Source: Callorhinchus milii (Eukaryota). Taken from it: DNA of 64,000 nucleotides. Shown in pieces: positions 48,801-61,267 of this stretch. The position numbers were made by a program, and so were the translations under genes. The DNA lies in contig NW_024704743.1 in assembly GCF_018977255.1 (NCBI RefSeq), positions 25,236,001 to 25,300,000 of the forward strand, read 5' to 3'. The notes below the pieces were generated by a model. It worked only from the letters and a program-made list of their open reading frames with translations. It had not been told where the DNA came from and ran no database searches. Within the stretch, counting starts at the first letter, position 1. The number at the start of each line of letters is the position of its first letter.

Positions 48801-51374
48801 CTGAAATTCATTTGCCAGTTATCAACCCACGCACAAGCTCACTTTTAAGACCTTTGCTACCGCCTTTGATTCCACAGTTCTCTCCAATTTGGTGTCATCT
48901 GCAAATCTGAACCCGAAGAAAGAATTCTAGACTGATTATCTCTAAGCTATTGTAATGTGACAGTTTGTAAGTTGATCAGTAGTTCAGGATTGTTTTTTTA
49001 TCAACAAAAATACAACATTTTACATTTAGCTTAGCTTTTAGCCAAAGAAGTAGCAGCCCAGCCCTCTGTGTAAGTTACAACACACGTCTTACCCAACATG
49101 AAGTACAAACTTCTAAATGCAAACGCAACAGAGCTGAGCTGCAAAATCATGTCATAACTGGTTAAGAGACAAAACGATCATTGCGCAAATTCATAAGCAA
49201 ACTAGTAAGATGAAAGGAAAATCCCAAACTAGCAAACTCAAGAAAGGATATACTATACTGCAGGATGAATAGAGTATTAAGTCCAATCAACCCATCAGAA
49301 ATAGTTTAAATTCTGGGTGTGCCGCTTCATCAGAATTTCCCTATTTTGTTTTCAGATCCTGACTTAATTCCTCTTGCTCTAAATTTTCATCAATTAACAC
49401 ATTGCTTTCTATTTCCACATCTGCATACAGTAAACTGATAACCCATCACTCTTAGGGAAAGGGTTTATGTGACGAATTATCCAAAGTGGCGAGTTAGGCA
49501 TCTATATAAATACATAAAGAAATGTGACAGGAAAAAGGACAGCATGATAACTTAAAGTGGTAGTGACAAGTGAAGCCAGGGGCGAGTTAACAGCAGGCTA
49601 CGTATTTTATTAGCATTATTAAAAACAATAACAGTAATGTTAACCTTTCAAGAGATAGATATGAGATTCATCCAGCATTTCACTCTTTCCCCCCTTTTTT
49701 TGAGAGTTACAGTATTTTCTATCTCCCTTTGGGGGTCCCACATTACCAGCCCTTCCAGGGTTAATAGTTGTTAGGTACAACTCAGTAGTCTAATGGATGA
49801 CCTGTTTGATTTCTCTTGATTCCCCGCCACCCCCCCACCATATACTGACCTTCCTGTGGAAAAGGGTTTCCTCTCAGTACTGATCTCCACACCAACAACT
49901 CACTAAGTGGAGAACTGAAGATATGGATCTACCACCAGTAACACAAGGGCAGGAATTCCATCCAGGTTTAAATGTACTCTGCTTAATATAGCACTTGAGA
50001 GCATCCAGAATTTGGCAAACTCTTAATTTTGAAAGTGTTTTTTCGAAACAAAACACACAGAGATTTCAAACGAATTCAATGATTTGCTGAACTCTGGCTG
50101 CTCTAAGATGCTACATAATAATAGACCCCAGAAACTTTCCCCTTGTGGTGTGCACTGGACCCCACATCACCACACCACCTCCTGCTCCTCCGAGAAGTCA
50201 GCAACTATTTGAACGTTGTGCAGAGTTTTTCTCCCAGACAGAGTCAAGGATTTGTGTAGCCGCACCTACTTGAACCCGCTTTATGGCTGGATTCCTTTCT
50301 GCTTAGGTATTTGTTGTTGATACTTATTACTGAGTATATAATTATGCAAGTTTAAACTTTAAAAGATACACAAGAACATAAGAAATAGGAGCAGGAGTAG
50401 GTCATTCGGCCCCTCGAGCCTGCCCTGCCATTTAGTAAAATCATGTCTGATCTTCTAACCTAATTCCATTTATCCGCCCTATCCCCATATCCCTTAATCC
50501 CTTTAGTTTTTAAAAATCTATCGATCAAAGATACAAAGTACTATTACTTATTTCAGTACTTACACAGCACTCTGAAGAAGTTCTGCACGGATCTGCCGTT
50601 GACAACTTGAATTGCCTTGTAATACTAGTTGCAGTAACTATCACAGCAGTTTATGGGAAATGAAATTTGAGCTGTGAGACTGCCCATTTTGTGGTTAGAA
50701 TTGAACACCAGCCAGCAAAGCTGGAGACAAAACTGCAGGTCTTTCTCAAGCTGCTGACTCTTGTACATCAAGCAAAGAATTTCTGCCTATTGTTGAAATA
50801 TATCTACAATTTTTTTTGCATTCCTCTTCCACACTTATTGTACAATAATCCCACGCTATAACTATTTTACTTTCCAGAGGCCATATCACATAGTCCTGTA
50901 TAATACAACAGATACATACGGATTCTCTTTAATTTCTGACCAAATAGTGGAAGTTAATTTCTTACCAAAAAGGAACAATCTGCAAGAAACAACCTCAATT
51001 TGATCTATTTCAATAAACAAAATGGCTGTTTGCATCACTCAACAATTAACTTTTTTTTAGGACTGTTTATTTTTCCAATATAAAAGCATCAAAAACAGTA
51101 TCCAGGAATGAGGCAAGAGACTCAATCAACAGCCAATAGTCACTAATTATATACAAACAATATATAAATGTTAGTCAATATAACAAAAAACAGGCACAAT
51201 ATTTATATATAAAACTGCTTTTGAATGTTAATGTATTTTAAATGTTAATATGCTGGGTGCTTCAACTGTTGTTTAACTCAAAGAAATGGATTTCTCTGTG
51301 AGGAAGTTAAAAAGATTCCCCTTTCTCTGCTGCAGCTTGCTATATGAGCTTACATCTAATTGAGATTTTTAAAA

Positions 51375-51737
51375 TAATAAAGGGATTTGTTAGGGTAGAC
51401 ACAGAGAAACTATTTCCTCTGGTGGGGAATCCAGAACAAGGGGTATAATCTTAAAATTAGAGCTCAGCCATGTAGGAGTGAAATCAGGAGGCAGTTTTTC
51501 ACCCAAAGGATAGTGGAAATCAGGAACTCTCTTCCCCCAAAAGGCTGTGAATGCTGGATCCATTCACATTTACAAGACTGAGGTGGAGAGATATTTGTTA
51601 GGTCAGGGTACCAAAGGATATGGGGCAAGGACAGGTAATTGAAGTTGATGTACAGATTAGCTATGATCTTATAGAATGGCGGACAGGCTCGAGGGGCTGA
51701 ATGGCCTACTCCTGTTCCTATATTCCTATGTTCCTAC
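51375..51737 (+). mobile_element. CR1 LINE 3' end
   Basis: atttcctctggtgggg...agaacaagggg; 3' gaggggctgaatggcctactcctgttccta with (ttcctatg)-type tail; related tails at 44545-44675 (+), 50375-50525 (-), 21623-21850 (-). Confidence 0.75.
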
Positions 51738-53324
51738 TTGACCTGTTGAGCATTTCCTGTAAGCACTCTTGACCCATTCTGTAACAATAATAATAATTCT
51801 TGCATTTGATATATAGGAGCATCTTATCATGACACTGAGACATCTCAAAGTGCTTCACAGGATATACTGTCCAGTGGATTGATTGTTTATTTTGTGGGCG
51901 AAAAGCAGCAGCCAGTTACACACAGCAATGTCCCACAAACAGCCATGGAGTGAGTGACTGATTTTATTTGGGGTATTGTTGGGTCAGAACACTGGGAGAA
52001 ACTAATTTCTCTTTTCGAATAGTGACATGGGATCTTTACCACCTGAACAGGCAAACAAGACTTCGATTTAACGTCTAATCTGAAGGACGGCACCTCTAAC
52101 AAGTAATTTATGCTTGAGGAATTTGTTATTCCATGTTGGGACTTGTTATTCCAAGTCCTTCATCCAATTATCTTTCAACAGAGCACCTCATGTTGCACAA
52201 TCGTACGAAAAGCTCCTCTGTGAACAAACTTTTCTGTGACTGGCTGTTATCTTGTTTCACTGCATGGCTCACATGAATCATGGAAGGCAGACATGAACAA
52301 TTTCAAATCTCAGTTCACATGAAGTCATTCGAATAACTCAGCAGACAAGAATGAGCATCTCTATTCCACTGCCACAATGACCATGAGTGTCAGATATAAT
52401 AAGTGTGTGTGAGTGAAATATGAAGCTTCAGAGCCTCTAAGTGGTTTAAGAGTCAGACATTTTCTCACACCATTCAGCAAGCAACACGGTATTGCAAAAC
52501 ACATCTGTTTTCTGACCTGCTCACAGCAGCAAGATTGCCCTGGTTCAACCCACAGTGACATTCCTTCCACATGTGTCAGCCTTGCTCACGTCACACTCTT
52601 GCTTCCAAGTCAGAAGGTTATGCTTGTTGGATGTCTAACAAATAATTAGCGGCTAATTCGTCACAAGTGAGACACTGTGTTGCTTGCTGAATGGTTCTGC
52701 TGAGTGTGAGATTGATAGAAAATGTATCAATCAGATAAGCCTTAAAGCATCCCATGAGTAGCAGTAGCAAATAAGTCAACTTTGACTCTTGGGATATAAT
52801 CTGAGTCAAAGTCCATATCCCTGGGCACTGAAGGCAAGTGAGAACTGTCAACACATTAGGAGAGTGGAGTCGATGTGTGCATGGTCCTTGGAAATTTTTC
52901 ACAAATATTTTTTGGGATGACTGACCCAGTTCAGTTAGGTCTGAATACCGGATACCTGGAACCTGGTAGGCCAGGGTTTGCCAGGGTATATTTGGGAGTC
53001 CTGTAGAGAATTGGTTAGAGCTTCTAAAGCGAGAGGACCTGAGTTTGATTCCTGGGAAGGGCAAAACCTTAGGCTAGTTTCCTTACTCCACACACCTCTG
53101 TTTACCCAGCAGTAAGTAGGAACCAGGTTTTTTGTCAATTGTTGAATCGCTTTTGGGTTAATAATTCTTTAATAATTCACTAAATCCACGACTGTTTGTG
53201 GGACACTGCTGTGAGCAGTTGGCTGCTGCGTTTTACCTCAAAATATAGAGTAAATTCTATTTACAGTATACTCTATAAAGCGCTTTGAGATGTCTCAATT
53301 ACGTGATAAGGCGCTATATATGGC

Positions 53325-54390
53325 ACGTCCCGTGTGGTGTCCCTCAGGGCTCTGTCCTTGGTCCTCGCTTTTTCAACATCTATACCCCCTTGTGACACCA
53401 ACCGTAGACATGGGATCAACTTGCACATGTTTGCGGATGACACACAACTCTGCCACTCCGCCTCCACCCTCAACTCCAGGACCTCTGCTGTCCTCACAGA
53501 TTGTCTGTTGGACATTAAGTCCTGGATGAGAGCTAACTTTCCCCAGTTGAATATCAATAAGACCGAGGCTCCCCTGCTTGGCTCCCATCAGTGTCCCATA
53601 CCTCGGACGTTGACAGCATCACCTTTCATAGATGCACTCTACACCTCACAGCCAATACAGAACCTCGACGTCTTGTTCGACCCTCAATTGTCCTTTATCC
53701 CCAATATCCATACCATGATCCGCTCCGCTTTTCTCCACCTCTGCAACATTGCCCGACTCTGCCACTGTCTCTCATCACAGGCTGCCAAGACCCCCATTCA
53801 TCACATCCAGGCTCGACTACGCAAACTCCCTGCTTGTTGGCCTCCCCAACTCTTCCCTCCACAGGCTGCAGATCATCCAGAAATCTGCAGCCCATGTCCT
53901 CTCCCGCACCAGGCTCTGTGACCCTATCACCCCCATCCTCACCCAACTCCACTGGCTTCCCATCACACAAAGGACACACTTCAAGATCCTGGTCCTCACC
54001 TTCAAAGCCCTCCATGGCCTTGCTCCCCCCGCCACCTCTGTGACCTCCTAACCCCCTACCACCTTGTCCGCTCCCTCTGCTCAGTGGGCTCCGGCCTGCT
54101 TTACGTCCCCCACCTTGCAAGTCCCACTGGGGTGGGCCTTCAACCACTCTGCCCCCACCCTCTGGAAATCCATCCCGCAGTCCCTCTGCCTCGGCCCCTC
54201 CCTTGCCTCTATTCAAGACCGGCCTCAAGACCCCCTTTTCGACCGTGCCTTCAGTCACACTCTTACCCCTACCCTCCCCCGCCCTCCCCAATCCCAACCA
54301 CCAGCTCAGGTGCAGATCCCCCTGACTGTCCAGCACCTCGGGACATCCTCCTGACCTGAAAGGCGCTGTAAGAAATGGAAGAATTATTAT
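53325..54390 (+). mobile_element. L2 LINE 3' fragment
   Basis: HMFADDTQL, ITSRLDYANSLLVGLP, LHWLPITQR. Confidence 0.88.
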
Positions 54391-54811
54391 ATCCTCCTGG
54401 AGCCGCTTGCTTGGGTCTTGACAAGTTTGGCATTGCGAAAGCAGCTCTGATGCTCTGCAGTGACGATCAGCAAGGATTACACGGGGGGGGGGGGTTGGGG
54501 TGGTTCGAAACCACCCCTTGATGTGTGATCGCCATCAGCAACTGGGACACAGATGGTTTAAATCCACATCAGACCGCAAAACCTTTCAGGCTCTGAAAAC
54601 AAGGGAGAATTCTTCTTTTTTTATTATTATTTAGTATTTAAAAGAAGAAAAAAAATAAAAGGTTCATTCAGTCCAGGATCCAGAAAAAAAGCAAATGCTA
54701 TTCTCCCGAGCTGTGCAGGCAAGATTTTTTTTACATCCCCCCCACCCTACCCTGGGCTGAAACCCTCACTGTGTACGTGCGCAATATTACGAACACGTCA
54801 CAACTAGCGAA

Positions 54812-55139
54812 AATAATAATATAATAATCCTTGCATTTGATATAGCGCTTTTCACGTTTTCTAGACCTCCCAAAGCGCTTCACAGAACACACTGTAAAGT
54901 GAATTGACTGTATATTTGTGGTCGAACGCGGCAGCCAATTGCACACAGCAATGTCCCACAAACAGTCGTAGATTGAAAATGACCAATTTATTATTGTTTT
55001 GGGTTTTTTGGAGGGATTATTATTAGGCTCTGTGTGGAGTAAGGAAACTTGCCCAAGGTTTCGCCCTGACCTGCCTGGAATTGAACTCAGGTCTCTCGCT
55101 TGCAAAGCGAGTGCTCTAACCACTGAGCTACAGGACTCC
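54812..55139 (-). mobile_element. tRNA-derived SINE, short subfamily
   Basis: Near-identical to 17408-17732. Confidence 0.85.
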
Positions 55140-55373
55140 GCATCAGCAAAATGTGACAGCAACAGCGCAGTGAAGTGAGTGACAGTGAGGGAGAGAAGTG
55201 ACATTCAGCATTCAGCACCTCACTGCACCCAGGTGTCTGGCAATAACAAACTGCAGAGGGGGAGTGGTGGGGCGGAAAGAAAGTGAAGGAGAAACAATTT
55301 CCAAACCCAAAAAACTTTTACCTTTCAGGAAAACCCAAGGCAGAGGCTCAGCTCCCACTCGGGCTGGCTGTGC

Positions 55374-55578
55374 GTCACTCACTCACTCACTCACTCACTC
55401 ACTCACTCACTCACTCACTCACTCACTCACTCACTCACTCACTCACTCACTCACTCACTCACTCACTCACTCATTCACTCACTCACTCACTGACTCACTC
55501 TCACTCACTCACTCACTCACTCACACTCATTCACTCACTGACTCACTGACTCACTCTCACTCACTCACTCACTCACTC
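55374..55578. repeat. (ACTC)n microsatellite
   Basis: Visible tetranucleotide run. Confidence 0.95.
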
Positions 55579-55847
55579 CTTTATTTTTCTCCCCCAACAG
55601 CTTTCTTCTTGCAAAAGAGAGAGTAGAGAGTAGAGAGAAAAAAAAACAACCACAACATGTGGTTTCGTCCCTTCGCCACCCTCCCCGGATGCTTTTCTTC
55701 CTTCCGCTTAAAAACAAAAGTCGCCAAAGGATTTGAGCCGATTCGGCTCAGAGGCAAAGATGACGGGTTTCCTGAGAGCTGTGGGGGAGCAGCACAGAAA
55801 GAGAGAGGGGGAGGAGAGAGGTGGGACCTGGAGTCAGAGAGGCTCAG

Positions 55848-56592
55848 GGTGTGTGTGTGTCTGTGTGAGACAGACTCAGTGTGTGTGTGTGCGTGTGACA
55901 GACTCAGTGTGTGTGTGTGTGAGACAGACTCAGTGTGTGTGTGTGTGTGACAGACTCAGTGTGTGTGTGTGTGTGTGAGACAGACTCAGTGTGTGTGTGT
56001 CTGTGTGACAGACTCAGTGTGTGTGTGTGTGTGTGAGACAGACTCAGTGTGTGTGTGTGTGAGACAGACTCAGTGTGTGTGTGTGCGTGTGACAGACTCA
56101 GTGTGTGTGTGTGTGAGACAGACTCAGTGTGTGTGTGTGTCTGTGTGACAGACTCAGTGTGTGTGTGTGTGTGAGACAGACTCAGTGTGTGTGTGTGTGT
56201 GAGACAGACTCAGTGTGTGTGTGTCTGTGTGACAGACTCAGTGTGTGTGTGTGTGATACAGACTCAGGGTGTGTGTGTCTGTGAGACAGACTCAGTGTGT
56301 GTGTGTGTGTGTGAGACAGACTCAGTGTGTGTGTGTGTGTGACTCAGTGTGTGTGTGTGTGAGACAGACTCAGTGTGTGTGTGTGTGAGACAGACTCAGT
56401 GTGTGTGTGTGTGATACAGACTCAGTGTGTGTGTGTCTGTGAGACAGACTCAGTGTGTGTGTGTGTGAGACAGACTCAGTGTGTGTTTATGTGTGTGTGT
56501 GAGACAGACTCAGTGTGTGTGTGTGAGACAGACTCAGTGTGTGTGTGTGCGTGTGACAGACTCAGTGTGTGTGTGTCTGTGAGACAGACTCA

Positions 56593-56649
<57 letters not shown>

Positions 56650-56780
56650 ACTCAGTGTGTGTGTGATACAGGCTCAGTGTGTATGTGTGTGTGAGACAGA
56701 CTCAGTGTGTATGTGTGTGTGTGTGAGAGACTGTGTGTGTGTGTGTGTGAGCCTCAGGGTCTGTGTGTGTGTGTGTGAGA
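55848..56780. repeat. Compound minisatellite gagacagactca(gt)n
   Basis: Dozens of about 24-32 bp units. Confidence 0.95.
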
Positions 56781-56919
56781 CTCACTGGTACCAGTAAAAA
56801 TATGCCCATCTGGAGGGCAGAATACTGGTGGAGACAAATAACTGAAGCTACTTGCCATGGGGAAAGCTTAAAAAGATCCAGAAGTGTTTGATGTCTCACT
56901 GACCATGATGCCAAAATTG

Positions 56920-57520
56920 TGTAAGGCAGCAAAATAAAAGGCAGGTTGCTGGGCTATGTTGCAAAATCAATTGAGTTTATAACCCCAGAGTCATACTCAA
57001 GCCATAAAATCTGGACAGACTGCACCTGGAATATTGCAAACAATTCTGGTCCTGTACCATAAGGGGTGTTGCCTTGGCTGTAGAGCCAGTGGAGAGGAGA
57101 ACAACAAGGATGATCCCCAGGGTTAGAGGAATGAGCTATGCATCAGCAATGATTAAATAAGATAGGACTACAGTCTTGATAAGGATGTTTCGGAGGGAAA
57201 CTTACAGAGCTATACACGATTTTAAATGGGATTTAAAAAGTAAACCCAGAACAATACTTTCAGATGCACTTAAGTCAGGAGAACAAGAGGACATGGGTTT
57301 AGAGATGCTAAGGGAATTTCAGGGCAGACCCCAGGAAGTAGTTATTTACCCAGATTATTAATGACTGGAACAGGTTGCCAGGAAAGGTGGTTGAGGCCAG
57401 GATACTTGACTCATTCAAAAAACAGGTTCCTGCTGTGATAGGAGGACAGTGGGTGAGTATTCTGGAAGGATGAGATTAAATGGGCTGAAGGGCCATCGTC
57501 ATCCAAATGATCTTGTTCCA
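56920..57520 (+). mobile_element. Old CR1 LINE 3' fragment
   Basis: gactgcacctggaatattgc...caattctggtc, atgagctatg, acaagaggacat, matching the CR1 ORF2 C-terminal pattern seen at 92-526. Confidence 0.7.
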
Positions 57521-59138
57521 GGTATGAAACCAGCATGTATCCAATCTTTGAGCACCATCTCCTGGTGAAGGATTATTTGGCCCTTCTTGAAGGAGCTGCC
57601 AAATTCACGAGACGCCACACAGTGCAGAAGAGAGGTACGGGTGAAGAAATCTTCAACACAGAAGGTGGACATTCAGCTTATTGTGTCACCATTGGGAAGC
57701 GATTCCACCTGGATCTGGATTGACTATTTGTGTACTATCATTTCAGAGCATCCAGAATTTTCCAAATTCTGAAATACAGCCTTGAATTTGAAGCCAGCAT
57801 TCTGTCAGTTTCTGTCATTAATTACAGAAAGGAGCTTCAAAGTTAAGACTAAGTTCAATAACTTGACAAACTCTGAATGCTTTAAAATAGTACATAGAGT
57901 AAATCTAATCCCAGGTGGAATTTCTCCCCAACTATGTCTGTGTCACTGCTGTCTGTTTTATTAAGTCATCTCTTTTCATTAAAATCCCACTCTTCAGCTT
58001 GTTCTCCATATTCAGAAACGCCACCGGCTAAAACATCACCATCCCCAATCCCTAAAACATCAGCTTCCTACATTCAGCAGTAACAGACAAAATTAATAAA
58101 ACATCAATTAGAAGTTGCATAATTGATGATACCTATTATCTCACAGCGATTCCCCAGTGAGTGAACAAACCACTATTAAACTGAAAACCTAATAATTAGA
58201 TGCAAACTGTTTAGTTACCGGGGAAATCATTATAAAGTCAAACTGAGATTACAGCAGCTATTAAATCTTCACGGTGCCCAATTACTGAACATTTTATCAC
58301 TTTAGAGAGCTCTATGTCACCCAAACATCCAGAGAAAAAATTAGGTAATGCTATGGTTAAATAGTGCTGTTTAATTAAGATTTGATGCAAATTAATTTAT
58401 TAGTTGTTTCGTTCCAGTTGTTTGAAGTGGTTATACCTGTTTACAGGTCAAATCTATTTTTATTCTCATTTCCTTATTATTACTTGGGCAATGACTGTTT
58501 TAACAAACCAAATAAATGGTGACACTGGCAAGGTAATTATTCCCTTCTCGAAGAACAGAGGTGTTAAAGACTGTCAAACTCACAACTGTTTTTCCAGTGA
58601 TATGTAAGTATTCCTGTGAAGTGGTATCTATATTTTGCCTTAGCACCTAAATACTTGAATGGGGCTGGGTTGGGGGTGCAAAGAGAGTGAGAGTCAGCTT
58701 TGAGCTCGTTGCTCCATCAGTGTCTCACTGATTAGAAAATTCAGGAGATATTAATTTGCATTAATTAAACAGATTGCAACTCTTTCTCCTCTCCTGCAGC
58801 TATGCCAAAACATGCAGATATCGTTGTAGGAGGAATAATTTCTTCAGGCTGCCTAGCCTTAGCTACAATGACTCATTCCTCATATCTTTTTAATGTTTTC
58901 TTCAGTAAGTTGGGAGATCTTCCTGGCACGTGGTCATTTCAGTGCACGCTTCCAAACGGGACTCATTCTGTTGCGTTGATGCGCTTCCAACTCATCCCTG
59001 AGACTGCTGTCGGGGTCAGAGTCTCTTAGAGCTGACAAGAGTTTCAGGTGATCAAATACATCACATCGCTGATGTAAAATATGTCATTGAGACGTCTCAA
59101 AGCACTTCACAGAATATAAAGTGAATTGACTGTGTATT

Positions 59139-59455
59139 TGGAGTCCTGTAACTCAGTGGTTAGAGCACTCGCTTTGCAAGTGAGAGACCAGAGTTCAATT
59201 CCAGACAGGGTGAAACCTTGGGCAAGTTTCCTTACTCCACATGCCTAATAATAATCCCTCCAAAAGAAGAAAACAATAATAAATTGGTCATTTTCAATCC
59301 ACGACTGTTTGTGGAACACTGCTGTGCGCAATTGGCTGCCGCGTTCACCCACAAATATACAGTCAATTCACTTTACAGTGTGTTCTGTGAAGAGCTTTGG
59401 GACATCTAGAAGACGTGAAAAGCGCTATATCAAATGCAAGGATTATTATTATTAT
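59139..59455 (+). mobile_element. tRNA-derived SINE, short subfamily
   Basis: Same head, core and tail as 25990-26304. Confidence 0.85.
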
Positions 59456-60789
59456 CTTGTGGGCGAAATGGGAATTGGGGTAATAGGCATGTGGAGTCTG
59501 GTGAGGGCAGTGGAGTTTTAGATAACTCAATGTAGAAACACTTCTTTTTGCATAAATTCAATTCAACCTTTATTTTGATTAATTATGACAATATGACAAA
59601 CAATCATTACAACAACAACAAGCATTTATATAGTGCCCTTCACGTGGAGCACTTCATGATACACAGATGCGAGAAGGTTCAAGATGGTTCATCGCTTGGG
59701 TTAGTCACAAACAAATTGTTAGAGCATATAAAGGTACATTATTACCAAACTATCATTGAATAATATTTTCAGACATCGACTAAGCTAAAACAGTAAAACA
59801 GGGATAATGGGAGAAAGAATGCATATAGGTGCAACAACAATAAGTGTAACACTTTAGTCGTTTTATACTCGTTTACTGACCAACTGTGGTGCTGCAAGAT
59901 AGTGCACAAGTAAAATATTTTCACAGTGAATTGACCCTTACGAGGATTTTATCTGGAATGTTGACATATAATGTTAAAGCAGAAGGCAATATATTGGGTC
60001 ACTTATGGTAATTTGTGAAATCAGCTTAGATGGTCAGTTTCCCAAAGGATAAACAAGAGTCACTACTGAATAGGGCAAGGGTGGGTAACACAGCAAAAGT
60101 CTCCCCTATGCCTTCCTTTCTGAAAGATGGTGGCTTTTGCTGAGTTACTTTTCCACAGCTAGCCTCCAATACCTGGTTCAATCCTGGCCAGTAAACATTG
60201 GCGTCCTATTCAGCTGTAAGAGAAAGAACACCTCAGCTGAGCATGATACTTTCGCTTTCTTCCTTCAAACTCTACCTACATACATTTTAAATCAGGGTCA
60301 GCACGTTCCCTAATTGATTAGTTTCCCCTCTACAGTCTCGATAACGCTATAGTAACCGCCTTCCAACTGATATCAGTAAACTGAGCACAATCAAAGGATG
60401 AAACCTTCTTAATCTAGATTGTTCACGACCATACCACAGGATGCATTTATTTATTTATTCAGCCATTGCAAGAGCAACTGAAATGACTTGATTATGTACA
60501 TTGCCGAACGCACAAAAAACTTAAATGCTGTATTTTGCCCACAAAATACTGTCAATCCACCTCACAATACATCATGGGGAGCGCTTTGAGAAGCCTCAAT
60601 GACTTGATGAGGCGCATATCGAATGCAAGGATTATTATTACAGAAAGTTGGACAATGAATTTATGGCTCTTTGTGCATCATTGCTGTGTGTAAATTGGCT
60701 TCCACACGCGCCTACAAAATACACGGTTACTACAGTACAGTAAATCTTGTGAAGGGCTTTATCCTCCTGACATGAAAAACACATTAACA

Positions 60790-61184
60790 AATAATAATAA
60801 TCCTTGCATTTGATATAACGTCTTATCACGTCTTCTGGACATCTCAAAAGCGCTTCACAGAATATATTGTAAAGTGAATTGACTGTATATTTGTGGGCAA
60901 AAAGCGGCAGCCAATTGCGCACAGCAGTTCCCACAAACAGTCGTGGATTGAAGTGACCAATTTATTTTTATTGATATATTTTTTAAATTATTTTTTATTA
61001 TTTCTTTTATTTTTTGAAGGAATTATTACTCTGGGAAAAGCAGTCCACCAATCAACTAACTAGTTCTTACTACTAGGTAAACAGAGGCGTATGGAGTAAG
61101 GACAATTGCCCAACGTTTTGCCCTGCTAGGAATCGAACCCAGGTCTTTCGCTTACGAGTTGAGTGCTCTACCCACTGAGCTACA
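60790..61184 (-). mobile_element. tRNA-derived SINE, long subfamily, just 3' of the ZNFX1-like stop
   Basis: Reverse complement of the family consensus. Confidence 0.8.
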
Positions 61185-61267
61185 ATGGTTTGAGTGGTTA
61201 GAGTAAGGGATTATAAAAGCACAGCTCAAAATGTTATTCTAAAATTAAGTGGAAAGCGCAGGGTGAA

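Noticed and set aside
55848..56780. CRISPR-like array
   Set aside because: Eukaryotic context; the spacers are only (GT)n, not unique sequences.
55198..56932. ORFs of (SLTH)n and (CV)n
   Set aside because: Translations of simple repeats.
49995..57765. Shared 16-mer agagcatccagaattt (about 49997 and 57745) reading as ILDAL, like the start of CARD exon 2
   Set aside because: Similarity does not extend, frames close with stops or show no CARD similarity, and there is no 175-nt exon structure; likely chance.
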